The position numbers and the translations under genes are program-made. A stretch of 64,000 nt of DNA. Source: Bacteroidota bacterium (lineage in GTDB: Bacteria > Bacteroidota > Bacteroidia > Bacteroidales > CG2-30-32-10). The stretch covers positions 1,744 to 65,743 of the forward strand of contig JACAAW010000005.1 in the NCBI GenBank assembly GCA_013377115.1. The letters are read 5' to 3'. Below are positions 52,231-61,449 of this stretch, one piece after another. Numbering within the stretch: position 1 is the stretch's first letter; each line of letters begins with the position of its first letter. Below the pieces are notes generated by a model. That model was not told the origin of the DNA. It did not search any database and saw only the letters and a list, made by a program, of their open reading frames with translations.

Positions 52231-55200
52231 ATGAAAAAGCAAATAGTTCAGACAGTTTTTCTTGCTTTATTTTGTTTGATTTTTACGAATATTAGGGCCG
52301 CTTTAATAAATTCCAATGTGGTAACAGGAAATTGGAGTAGTACTTCTTCATGGGTTGGAGGTGTTGTGCCTACGGTTAATGATACAGTTGTAATTGTTGC
52401 TAATTCAGTAATTACCGTTGATAATAATACCTGCACCGCTTATAAAGCCAGAATCAACAACCTTGGAACCTTAAATTGTTCATCGAATACGCTTCGGTTA
52501 GGTGGAGGTTCAGTTACAATTACTGTTCTTGGAACACCTTATACCTATATTGGTAATGGAAGTTTGACTATCAATACTGGTGGAATTTTTAATTTAAATA
52601 CAGGAACTCTAAAGCTTACAGGTAATTTTATTACTAATGGTACTTTTAATTGCGGTACAGGAACGGTTGTTTTCGATACAAAAAATGCGGTTATTGGAAT
52701 AAGTGGAACAAAAGCACCAACTTTCTATAATTTAGTTAATAGCGATTCGGTAAGATCTTATTATCCAATCGCCGGTGGATTTGGTGTTACTTTGCATTCA
52801 AACAATACTACAATTAAAGGAAATGTTGTGATAGATGGTTCTTTTAATCGAAATACAAGTGCAACGAATGATACTGCCAAAGTAACTTTTGATGGAAATA
52901 CCACTTTGTCTGGAATGTATAGCTTTTATTTAAATAATGTTGTGATAAATATAGGTGCAACATTAAATGCCGCCAACAAAAATTTTAATTTGTATGGAAA
53001 TTGGACAAGTAATGGAACTTTTGTTTGTGGAACTGGAACGATTTATTTTTTAAGGGACACCTACAATCAATTGGTTCAGAATATTTATCAAGCAAATCCT
53101 GATTTAAATCCATTCTATAATTTAGAAATTAATAAAACTTCTGGTAGCGTGACTCAAATTGCGGGAACACTCAATTTAAATGGGAATATTTATGTGAATA
53201 ATAACTTCACTGTTAATAAGGGAACTTATGATATGGGTGGAGTGCATCGCTTGTATGTTGGCAAGAATTTTACTGTAAATTCTGCAAATAGTGCAGTTTA
53301 TATTGCATCTACAGGCAGACTATTATTGAATGGTACTTCTGCAACACCGCAACAAATAAATACTGGTGGAAGTAATTTGTATAAATTTACTATTGACAAT
53401 ATTGGTGGAGGCGTTGTTCAAGCATCTGATATTAATGTAACCTTCGAATTTGTTTTGTCAAATGGGGTTTTGAACACAAAAAATGGCGCCACATTATATG
53501 AAATGTATTTAAGTAATAGCGATCCATTGTCATTGCCTACTTATTCTTCCACAAGTTTTTTGGTTGGAAAATTGAAAAGAGAACTAATTGCTGGAGCTGC
53601 AAATTATACTTTTCCTGTTGGAGTAATGAATACAACTCCATTAAAATATAGGCCAATTGTCTATCAACAAACCAGTTCTGGAACCGCAACAAATATTTAT
53701 ATTACAGAAGATACGATTTCAAATAATGGAACTTATAAATCAAATTTTTGGGCAAGAATTCAAGAAAATATGGGGGCGCCAGTTGGCTCTTTCAATTTTG
53801 CCTATAACCTATCAACCGACTTCCCAGTTGGAACCATTGAATGTGCTATTCAAACACAACGAGGAAGTGTTCCTTCACCAGCCAATTGGAATTATATTTT
53901 AAATACAACAACCGCGGCCAGCGGCGGAAATAGTGGAAGTATCGTTTCTACCATACCCGCTACAATGGCTCCAAATGCTTTTGTTCTGGGTGAAGTATCG
54001 CCAATCGTTGCTGGTACAACAATTTGCTCAGGGAATACAACTGCCTTAATGGTAACTTCTCCAAGTAATTTTGGCTTTTTTAATTGGTATGATGCACCTA
54101 CTGGTGGCAATTTGGTATTGGGAAATAATGGAAGTTTTACAAGTCCAGTTTTAAATAATACCACTACCTATTACGTAGAACATAATAATAGTTTGAATGG
54201 ATGTGGATCGCACCGCACACCGGTAACTGTCATTGTAAATCCAACTCCTATTGTCACTGTTAATAATCCAACAATTTGTAACGGAAGTTCAATAAATCTA
54301 ACTGCGAATGGAGCGAATACTTACGTTTGGAGCAATAGTTTAACATTAAATCCAATTTCAGTTTCGCCAAGTACAAATTCAGTTTATACCGTTACTGGCA
54401 CGTCAAATGGTTGTGTTGGAACGGCTGTTTCAAATGTAACAGTAAACCCAATTCCAGTTATTACAGTAAATAGTCCAACTATTTGTGAATCAACTTTAAC
54501 AAATTTAACAGCAAATGGCGGATCTTCTTATCAATGGAGCAATGGTTCAACAGATAATCCAATTTCGGTTTCACCAAATATCACAACAAGTTATTCAGTA
54601 ACTGGTACAAGTTTGGGTTGTTCAGCAACTGTTATTTCTACTGTAAATGTTAATCCGAACCCAATTATTACAGTAAATAATCCCACAATTTGTGCAGCTT
54701 CTACAACATCGTTAACTGCTAATGGAGCCAATTCCTATTTGTGGAGTAATGGCTCAACAACTAATCCAATCACTGTTTCTCCGGGAGTTAATATCACATA
54801 TACAGTTACAGGTACTTCTTTGGGATGCACAGGAACGGCAACTTCAACTGTAACAATTAGTTCCAATTTATTGATAAATATTGTGCCTTCAGCTGCTACT
54901 ATTTGTAATGGAAGTACAACAAATTTAAATGCAAGTGGCGGAGATAATTATTTGTGGTCGAGTGGCTCAAGTACAAATCCATTAGTGGTTTCGCCATCTA
55001 TTACAACATCTTATTCCGTTACTGGAACTGATGCAAGTGGATGTTCAGGTACTACAATTACAACAATTACAGTTAATCCGATTCCAATATTAACTGTGAA
55101 TAATCCTACTATTTGTTCAGGTGATTCATCAATAATATCAGCAAATGGGGCCAACTCTTATATTTGGAGCAATGGTTCTACATTAAATTCTTTTTCAATT

Positions 55201-55977
55201 TCTCCAATTGTCACAACAACATATACTGTGACGGGCACATCAATTGGATGCTCGAGTACAGCAACATCGCTTGTCACGATTAATCCAAATCCAAGTATTT
55301 CAGTTAATAATGCTACAATTTGTGAAGGAAGTTTTGCAAATATTAGTGCAATTGGTGCTAGTTCTTATTTGTGGAGTAATTCAATGACTAATAATTCAAT
55401 ATCAGTTTCACCTGGAGCTACTGCTTCTTATACTGTTACAGGAACATCAAATGGTTGTTCAAGCACTGCAATTTCAGAAGTTATTGTTAACCAACTGCCA
55501 ATTATTACTCTTGAAAACGACCATTCAGGCTTGACTATTTTCGATGGACAAATTGTTACGTTTACTGCTACACCTTCAGGATATGACAATTACACCTTTT
55601 ATATTAATAGTGTTTTGGTTCAAAGCGGGAATTCAAATATTTACATTACGAATTCTTTGATTAGTGGAGATACATTATCAGTTATTGTTTCAAATGGAGA
55701 TTGTGAAAGTCTCAATAATTCAGAGATTTTGCAAATAGCACCAACACCAAATGCATTTACTCCAGATAATGATGGCGTAAATGATCTTTTTATGAAAGGA
55801 GTTGAATTGCAAATTATTAATCGTTGGGGACAAGAATTGTATACCGGAAAAGATGGCTGGGATGGTAAGTTTAATGGAGAAGAAGTCTCGCCTGGAACCT
55901 ATTATTTTATCATCACAAAATACGATTTAAATAATGTTTCGAAAAAAGAAAAAGGTTCAGTGTTGCTAATTAAATAA
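52231..55977 (+). CDS. giant surface protein with a beta-helix-like N-terminal region, Ig-like tandem repeats and a T9SS type B (CHU_C / gliding-motility-associated) sorting domain
   Basis: About 1248 aa from ATG 52231, with signal peptide MKKQIVQTVFLALFCLIFTNIRA. The C-terminus reads PNAFTPDNDGVNDLFMKGVELQIINRWGQELY...WDGKFNGEEVSPGTYYFII, matching the type B CTD pattern. Confidence 0.85.
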   Translation: MKKQIVQTVFLALFCLIFTNIRAALINSNVVTGNWSSTSSWVGGVVPTVNDTVVIVANSVITVDNNTCTAYKARINNLGTLNCSSNTLRLGGGSVTITVLGTPYTYIGNGSLTINTGGIFNLNTGTLKLTGNFITNGTFNCGTGTVVFDTKNAVIGISGTKAPTFYNLVNSDSVRSYYPIAGGFGVTLHSNNTTIKGNVVIDGSFNRNTSATNDTAKVTFDGNTTLSGMYSFYLNNVVINIGATLNAANKNFNLYGNWTSNGTFVCGTGTIYFLRDTYNQLVQNIYQANPDLNPFYNLEINKTSGSVTQIAGTLNLNGNIYVNNNFTVNKGTYDMGGVHRLYVGKNFTVNSANSAVYIASTGRLLLNGTSATPQQINTGGSNLYKFTIDNIGGGVVQASDINVTFEFVLSNGVLNTKNGATLYEMYLSNSDPLSLPTYSSTSFLVGKLKRELIAGAANYTFPVGVMNTTPLKYRPIVYQQTSSGTATNIYITEDTISNNGTYKSNFWARIQENMGAPVGSFNFAYNLSTDFPVGTIECAIQTQRGSVPSPANWNYILNTTTAASGGNSGSIVSTIPATMAPNAFVLGEVSPIVAGTTICSGNTTALMVTSPSNFGFFNWYDAPTGGNLVLGNNGSFTSPVLNNTTTYYVEHNNSLNGCGSHRTPVTVIVNPTPIVTVNNPTICNGSSINLTANGANTYVWSNSLTLNPISVSPSTNSVYTVTGTSNGCVGTAVSNVTVNPIPVITVNSPTICESTLTNLTANGGSSYQWSNGSTDNPISVSPNITTSYSVTGTSLGCSATVISTVNVNPNPIITVNNPTICAASTTSLTANGANSYLWSNGSTTNPITVSPGVNITYTVTGTSLGCTGTATSTVTISSNLLINIVPSAATICNGSTTNLNASGGDNYLWSSGSSTNPLVVSPSITTSYSVTGTDASGCSGTTITTITVNPIPILTVNNPTICSGDSSIISANGANSYIWSNGSTLNSFSISPIVTTTYTVTGTSIGCSSTATSLVTINPNPSISVNNATICEGSFANISAIGASSYLWSNSMTNNSISVSPGATASYTVTGTSNGCSSTAISEVIVNQLPIITLENDHSGLTIFDGQIVTFTATPSGYDNYTFYINSVLVQSGNSNIYITNSLISGDTLSVIVSNGDCESLNNSEILQIAPTPNAFTPDNDGVNDLFMKGVELQIINRWGQELYTGKDGWDGKFNGEEVSPGTYYFIITKYDLNNVSKKEKGSVLLIK
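54250..55500 (+). repeat. six in-frame tandem coding repeats of ~71-74 aa, preceded by one divergent unit from about 53995
   Basis: The unit pattern is (I/V)(I/T)VN(N/S)PTIC.(G/A)S...L(T/S)ANG(A/G).(S/T)Y.WSNGS(T/S).NP(I/L).VSP......Y(T/S)VTGTS.GC..TA.S.VT(V/I)NP.P. Units begin near 54250, 54463, 54670, 54880, 55090 and 55300. Confidence 0.85.
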
Positions 55978-56012
55978 TTTGTTTTTATATTTACCCTCTT
56001 AAATTTGAAATT

Positions 56013-56918
56013 ATGAATAAATTTCTATTTTCCTTATCGGTAATCTCCCTATTTACAATTGGGTTTGTGTTTTCGCAAAACGATATGCAATCAAGTCAGT
56101 TTACGTTTAATGAACTTTCTTTTAATCCTGCAAATGCGGCAAGTACACCTAATATTGTTGTTTCTTTGTCCGCAAGAGAACAATGGGCTGGCTTTAAAGA
56201 AGCGCCTTCAACTCAATTTTTAAATGCATATACCAATATTGATGGTATTGGAGGTATTGGACTTTCAGTTATTAATGATAAATTGGGTTATGAAAAATCT
56301 TTGGGAGTTCATGTGGTTTATGCAAGGAAATTTCCTCTTTCTGATAAAAACTCATTTTCTTTAGGCGCAGGTTTAGGATTTATGAATAAATCAATAGATT
56401 ATGACAAATTGGTTTTTGAACAAGGAAATGATCAAACCGCTTTGGCTTCGCAAAAAAGCGAATTAAAAAGTGATTTTAGTTTTGGTGCTTCTCTTGATTT
56501 AGCTGCTTTTCATTTTAGCTTGTCAAGCACTCATTTAACACAATCCTTAAATAAATCAACTTTTTATAAAACTCCTCGTCATTATTATATTTTTACAAAA
56601 TATACTATAAAAGCTTCTGATAGAATTGATGTTGCTCCTTCAGTATTTGTGAAAAGTAGCGAATTTATTAACCAATACGAAGTTAATACCAATGTTTTTC
56701 TTGATAAAAAATATTGGTTAGGAGTTTCTTATCGTTTTGATGAATCTGCTGTTGCATTGGTTGGATTTACTATCAATAATCAGTTTCAGGTTGGATATTC
56801 CTATGATTTTAATTTAGGACCAATAAAAACCTACAGTAATGGCTCTCACGAGATAATGGTTTTGGCTAAATTTAAAGGATTTAAACAAAAATCTGCTCCT
56901 AAGAGTTTCTTTAATTAA
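56013..56918 (+). CDS. PorP/SprF family T9SS outer membrane protein
   Basis: 301 aa with a signal peptide. Contains SQFTFNELSFNPA and AREQWAGFKEAPSTQFL, followed by beta-barrel-like alternation. It lies immediately downstream of a type B CTD gene, which is the usual pairing. Confidence 0.85.
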   Translation: MNKFLFSLSVISLFTIGFVFSQNDMQSSQFTFNELSFNPANAASTPNIVVSLSAREQWAGFKEAPSTQFLNAYTNIDGIGGIGLSVINDKLGYEKSLGVHVVYARKFPLSDKNSFSLGAGLGFMNKSIDYDKLVFEQGNDQTALASQKSELKSDFSFGASLDLAAFHFSLSSTHLTQSLNKSTFYKTPRHYYIFTKYTIKASDRIDVAPSVFVKSSEFINQYEVNTNVFLDKKYWLGVSYRFDESAVALVGFTINNQFQVGYSYDFNLGPIKTYSNGSHEIMVLAKFKGFKQKSAPKSFFN

Positions 56919-57092
56919 TTGCCTTCAATTTTCTTGATTTATTAGTGTTTCAATAATAATGGATTGACTTCTATTTCGATCAATATTTTGTTCGTATAAT
57001 TTTTTTGGTAATAATTCATTTCCAAAAGGAATAAAAAATTAAAAAAAATGCTACATTTTTCTTAATTTCGCACCTCATTAAAAATCTATTTT

Positions 57093-58838
57093 ATGTTACG
57101 ATCACACAACTGCGGGGAGCTCAATATTTCAAATATTAATGATTCAGTCGTATTATGCGGATGGGTACAACGTTCCAGAGATTTGGGCGGAATGACTTTT
57201 GTTGATTTGCGCGATCGCTATGGTATCACGCAATTAGCATTTAATATGGATGTAAATGCGAATCTTTGCGGACAAGCCAGGAAACTGGGTAGAGAATTTG
57301 TTATTTTGGTTAGGGGCAGTGTAACTGAACGTAGCAATAAAAATCTCAAAATGCCTACGGGCGAAATAGAGATTATTGTTAACGAAATAGAAATTCTCAA
57401 TGAATCCAAAACGCCTCCATTTACAATTGAGGAAAATACTGATGGGGGAGAAGAACTTAGAATGAAATATCGCTATCTCGATTTGCGAAGATCAAATGTT
57501 AGGAAAAACTTGGAATTGCGACATAAAATGGGAATAGAGACAAGGATTTATATGAATTCCCTTAATTTTATTGAAATAGAAACTCCTGTTTTAATTAAAT
57601 CTACGCCAGAAGGAGCTCGCGATTTTGTGGTTCCATCCAGAATTAATCCAGGTGAATTTTATGCACTTCCACAATCACCGCAAACATTTAAGCAGTTATT
57701 AATGGTTGCTGGATATGACAGATATTTTCAAATTGTAAAATGTTTTAGAGATGAAGATTTAAGAGCTGATAGGCAACCAGAGTTTACTCAAATTGACTGT
57801 GAGATGGCTTTTGTAAATCAGGAAGATATTCTTTCCACTTTTGAGGGGCTGGCGAAGCATTTATTTAAAACAATAAAAGGAATCGAAGTTAAAGAATTTC
57901 CTAGAATGTCATACGCTGATGCCATGAAATATTATGGTAATGATAAACCTGATATTCGTTATGAAATGAAGTTAGTGGAATTAACGGAAATTGTTAAAGG
58001 AAAAGATTTTAAGGTTTTTGATGATGCGGAATTGGTTGTTGCAATTTCTGCCAGTGGTTGTTCGGAATATACAAGAAAGCAAATCGACGAATTAACGGAT
58101 TTTGTGAAACGGCCTCAAATTGGTTCAACAGGATTGATTTATTTGAGAGTTAACAATGACGGAACTTATAAATCTTCAGTAGATAAATTTTATTCAGAAG
58201 AAGAACTTAAGAAATGGGCAATAGCTTGCAATGCACAAAAAGGTGATTTGATTTTTGTGATGGCTGGGAAAACGGAGAAAACTCAAAAAGCAATGAGTGA
58301 ATTGCGTTTGGAAATGGGGAATAGATTGAACTTGAGAAATCCGGAAGTATTTGCCCCATTATGGGTAGTTGATTTCCCTTTGTTTGAGTGGGATGAAGAA
58401 ACAAATCGTTTTTATGCAAAGCATCATCCATTTACTTCACCTAAAATAGAAGATATTCCATTATTAGATTCCAATCCTGTTGAGGTTCGTGCAAATGCTT
58501 ACGATTTGGTTATAAACGGTGTAGAAATTGGTGGTGGATCAATCAGAATTCATAAAAAAGAACTTCAAAATAAAATGCTCAGGATGCTAGGTTTCTCTGA
58601 AGAAGATGCTCAGAACCAGTTTGGATTCTTAATGAATGCATTTGAATTTGGTGCACCTCCTCATGGTGGTATTGCTTTTGGTTTTGATAGATGGTGTGCA
58701 ATCTTTGGAGGATCAGATTCTATCCGCGATTATATCGCATTTCCAAAAAATAATTCTGGTAGAGATGTGATGATTGATTCCCCCTCACCAATTGCCTATG
58801 AGCAATTAAAGGAACTTTCAATTAAATTGGATAAATAA
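57093..58838 (+). CDS. aspS: aspartate--tRNA ligase
   Basis: 581 aa. Contains [48 protein letters not shown] and GGGSIRIH. Confidence 0.95.
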   Translation: MLRSHNCGELNISNINDSVVLCGWVQRSRDLGGMTFVDLRDRYGITQLAFNMDVNANLCGQARKLGREFVILVRGSVTERSNKNLKMPTGEIEIIVNEIEILNESKTPPFTIEENTDGGEELRMKYRYLDLRRSNVRKNLELRHKMGIETRIYMNSLNFIEIETPVLIKSTPEGARDFVVPSRINPGEFYALPQSPQTFKQLLMVAGYDRYFQIVKCFRDEDLRADRQPEFTQIDCEMAFVNQEDILSTFEGLAKHLFKTIKGIEVKEFPRMSYADAMKYYGNDKPDIRYEMKLVELTEIVKGKDFKVFDDAELVVAISASGCSEYTRKQIDELTDFVKRPQIGSTGLIYLRVNNDGTYKSSVDKFYSEEELKKWAIACNAQKGDLIFVMAGKTEKTQKAMSELRLEMGNRLNLRNPEVFAPLWVVDFPLFEWDEETNRFYAKHHPFTSPKIEDIPLLDSNPVEVRANAYDLVINGVEIGGGSIRIHKKELQNKMLRMLGFSEEDAQNQFGFLMNAFEFGAPPHGGIAFGFDRWCAIFGGSDSIRDYIAFPKNNSGRDVMIDSPSPIAYEQLKELSIKLDK

Positions 58839-58840
58839 AA

Positions 58841-58864
58841 AAAAGCCTGCAATTGCAGGCTTTT
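58841..58864. terminator. bidirectional rho-independent terminator between aspS and the 58885 gene
   Basis: Stem AAAAGCCTGC pairs with GCAGGCTTTT around loop AATT. An A-run lies upstream and a T-run downstream. Confidence 0.8.
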
Positions 58865-58884
58865 TTCTGAATGTTTTGATTCAA

Positions 58885-59733
58885 CTATAAAACAACAATC
58901 TTTTTAATTGAATTTTTTTCACCTACCAAAACATTTACAAAGTAAGTTCCTTTGCTTAATTTATTTGTAATGCTATATGTTTTATGAAATTTTCCTGAAG
59001 TAGAATTCGATTTTTCTAATTGAGCTACTTGTTTACCATTGATGTCATAAATAAATATATTAATCATTTCAGATGCTGAATTTGCTAATGAAATAGTTAT
59101 TTTATCAGTGGTTGGATTTGGAAAAATATCCATGTCAAAATCATTTTTTGAATAATTCTCTATGCCAGTTGCTTTGCTGTAAGTTTTGGTGCATAGAAAA
59201 ACTGTATCAGTTGAGGCAGTTGCCGCAACAAAAGCACCATAAAAAGTTACTGCAGTTGCATTTGCAATTGAAGGAGCTTTCCAATTAAACGACCAGGTAT
59301 GACTTCCAGTAGTGCCAGTAGTGCCCGCAGCTCTATGAGTCATGTATTTATTGTCGGTAATTCCAGTAGTGCTAACAGTTTGTGTTGTTGTTGCACTTGT
59401 TACAAGTAAAGTTCCTTTTTTATTTCCAATATTGTCTTGAGGAGAAATTTGAAAGCCAAAAATTGTTTTTCCTGCACAAGTGGCAGTAGCTGTGATAGTG
59501 TAAGTAGAATCTGGTAGATAACCGGATACTGGAATGTTAGATGTAATCCAACCTGAAACAGTTGTTGCAGGTCCTGTATGGCAAGAAGTAGCACAATTTT
59601 GTGCATCTCCTGGTGAGCCAGTGTTTTTTGCTGGAGCTCCAGCTGTGCTAGAAACCAAGGTTTTGTTTATTCCATTAAATAGGAATATTGCAAAAACGAT
59701 TAATCCAATGGAAATGGTAATTTTTTTTATCAT
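58885..59733 (-). CDS. secreted beta-sandwich-like protein with an N-terminal C-x3-C-H motif and a T9SS type A sorting domain
   Basis: 282 aa with a signal or anchor helix. Contains GAPAKNTGSPGDAQNCATSCHTG near the mature N-terminus. The tail reads MDIFPNPTTDKITI...LSKGTYFVNV. Function is unknown. Confidence 0.65.
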   Translation of the reverse strand: MIKKITISIGLIVFAIFLFNGINKTLVSSTAGAPAKNTGSPGDAQNCATSCHTGPATTVSGWITSNIPVSGYLPDSTYTITATATCAGKTIFGFQISPQDNIGNKKGTLLVTSATTTQTVSTTGITDNKYMTHRAAGTTGTTGSHTWSFNWKAPSIANATAVTFYGAFVAATASTDTVFLCTKTYSKATGIENYSKNDFDMDIFPNPTTDKITISLANSASEMINIFIYDINGKQVAQLEKSNSTSGKFHKTYSITNKLSKGTYFVNVLVGEKNSIKKIVVL

Positions 59734-59870
59734 AATTCGTAGTTTTAAATTATTTTGGGTATAAAGATAATAATTTTAGATTAAACAAATTCGGAATAAA
59801 ACTAATTTATTTCTACCAATTGCAATTTTTCGCTTTCAATATTATTAAAGCTTTATTTAAACTAAAAATT

Positions 59871-60329
59871 TTACAAACTATTTTTTTGGGAAGAAATGTT
59901 TACTTCTATTAATTCTTTCTCAAAAATTCTACCCCAATTTATCAGAGCCCAAACTCTTTCATGAATGTAGAATAATGCAACTTTGGTAAGTAATTCTGAT
60001 GTACCAAGTTTTATTGAACCAAGTGGGTTTCCAGAATAAATAAAACTAATAAAAATTGTGTCTATAGATCCAAAAAATCTCCAGCTAATACCTTTTGCTA
60101 AACTTCTTAAGTGGGCAGGTTTATTTTTTTGTCTCCCCCATGGGATAACATTCCAAATGCGTTCGTGTAAAAAATAGAGAATAATTTTCGTTGCAACTTC
60201 AGTGAAGGCTGTTAGGGTTGCCACCTTTACGCTTCCGATAATAAAGTACGAAAGTATAAAGGTGTCAATCGTTCCAATTATTCTCCAACTTACACCTTTA
60301 ATAAAACTTCGAAGATTAGAATCTTTCAT
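59871..60329 (-). CDS. DUF2061-type membrane protein (internally duplicated)
   Basis: About 152 aa from ATG 60329; the track ORF starts at TTG 60356. It has two copies of the pattern (K/A)(G/K)(V/I)SWR..G(T/S)IDT...S....G.........E...K...Y..HER(I/V)W....WG. Confidence 0.7.
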   Translation of the reverse strand: MKDSNLRSFIKGVSWRIIGTIDTFILSYFIIGSVKVATLTAFTEVATKIILYFLHERIWNVIPWGRQKNKPAHLRSLAKGISWRFFGSIDTIFISFIYSGNPLGSIKLGTSELLTKVALFYIHERVWALINWGRIFEKELIEVNISSQKNSL

Positions 60330-60439
60330 TGGGCAAAGGTAATGATTATCTTCCAAGAATTATTTAAGGAGCAATAAAAATCCTATTTATTACATAGCAC
60401 TAATAGCTGTTAATTGATTAACAGTGGGTTCCAAAAAAA

Positions 60440-60898
60440 TTAATTTGTGCAATGATTGATAGCCATAGCTTTTTGAATATTATTTTTTATCTTCATATGT
60501 TTTTTTACAATTTTTTCTAGGGTTGTTTTTTTCAAATATTCTGTAATATCATCATTTAAACCCATCCAAAACTCATTTGCAACACATATTCTTGAAAGAA
60601 AACAAGTAACTGGTTTATTGGTACAATGAACTATTGAAAGTTCTGGTTCAAATGATCTATATATGTCGTATATAGATATTTCATTCATTGGTTTGTTAAG
60701 AATGTAACCGCTTTTTTTCCCACCAATATTTGTAATTAAACCTGATGCTTTAAGTGATGAAATAATTGGATCCAAATACTTTTCTGATAATTGTTGGTTT
60801 TTTGCGATTTCCTTTTGGAAAATACCAGTTTTTTCGTCATGTAAGCCCAGCTCAATCATAGCTCTTAGCCCGTATCTGACTTTTGTATTTACTTTCAT
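60440..60898 (-). CDS. Rrf2 family transcriptional regulator with a three-Cys cluster-ligand-like motif
   Basis: 152 aa. The N-terminal wHTH is MKVNTKVRYGLRAMIELG. The Cys trio is HCTNKPVTCFLSRIC. Confidence 0.85.
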   Translation of the reverse strand: MKVNTKVRYGLRAMIELGLHDEKTGIFQKEIAKNQQLSEKYLDPIISSLKASGLITNIGGKKSGYILNKPMNEISIYDIYRSFEPELSIVHCTNKPVTCFLSRICVANEFWMGLNDDITEYLKKTTLEKIVKKHMKIKNNIQKAMAINHCTN

Positions 60899-60951
60899 TT
60901 TGTAAATTTATTAAAAAGTGAATAAAATGTATAACAATGAAATTTCTTGCT

Positions 60952-60959
60952 CAAAGATA
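60952..60959 (-). promoter_or_regulatory. -7 box (TAnnTTTG) for the Rrf2 gene
   Basis: Plus strand CAAAGATA is TATCTTTG on the minus strand, 54 nt upstream of the ATG at 60898. Confidence 0.4.
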
Positions 60960-61109
60960 TAATTTTAATTTTGATATAGATGACAAAAATCAGTACTTTT
61001 TTTTAGTTTTTTCCTTTTAATTCAATAGTATAAGAGGTATCTAAATTGTTTAATATGAAAATATCCCTAATTTAAAAATGATTTTTCGATGTTGGAATTC
61101 ATTTTTATT

Positions 61110-61154
61110 CAAAAAAAACATTGCTAGTTGTAACATAGGTTAACAACTAGCAAT
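61110..61154 (-). terminator. rho-independent terminator ending the collagen-like operon
   Basis: A hairpin spans 61120-61154, with ATTGCTAGTTGT pairing to ACAACTAGCAAT plus inner pairs. On the minus strand it is followed by TGTTTTTTTTGAA. Confidence 0.75.
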
Positions 61155-61184
61155 TTGTTTGAATTATTTTTATTTTATTAATAA

Positions 61185-61445
61185 TTATTCTTCTTTTTTC
61201 AGCATAAGGTCTGGTTTGACATAATTATTATTGTTTTTTGGATTATTATCTGAATTTGTTGTTGTAATGATTTTGGCATTTTTATCGTTAGAAACAGCTT
61301 TTGACACTTTTTCCTTAATACAATTAGAATTACTATTCGGAATTGTATCAAGTTTTACATTTCTGCCCATAGAAACAGCTGTTTGAGAAAAACAAACGAA
61401 AAAAGGAAAAATAAATACAATCGTTAAAATAATTTTCTTCTTCAT
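61185..61445 (-). CDS. small secreted Asn/Lys-rich protein
   Basis: 86 aa with signal peptide MKKKIILTIVFIFPFFVCFSQ. It starts 4 nt after the collagen-like gene stop. Confidence 0.5.
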   Translation of the reverse strand: MKKKIILTIVFIFPFFVCFSQTAVSMGRNVKLDTIPNSNSNCIKEKVSKAVSNDKNAKIITTTNSDNNPKNNNNYVKPDLMLKKEE

Positions 61446-61449
61446 TTTT

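Noticed and set aside
54250-55500. Regularly spaced DNA repeats that could suggest a CRISPR-like array.
   Set aside because: The period is about 210-220 bp with no short repeat/spacer alternation. The repeats are in-frame Ig-like domain units inside one long ORF, and no cas genes are present.
58885-59733. Calling this protein a c-type cytochrome on the basis of CATSCH.
   Set aside because: The motif is C-x3-C-H, not the canonical C-x-x-C-H. It is a single site and no other heme-protein features are visible. I kept it only as a hypothesis to test.
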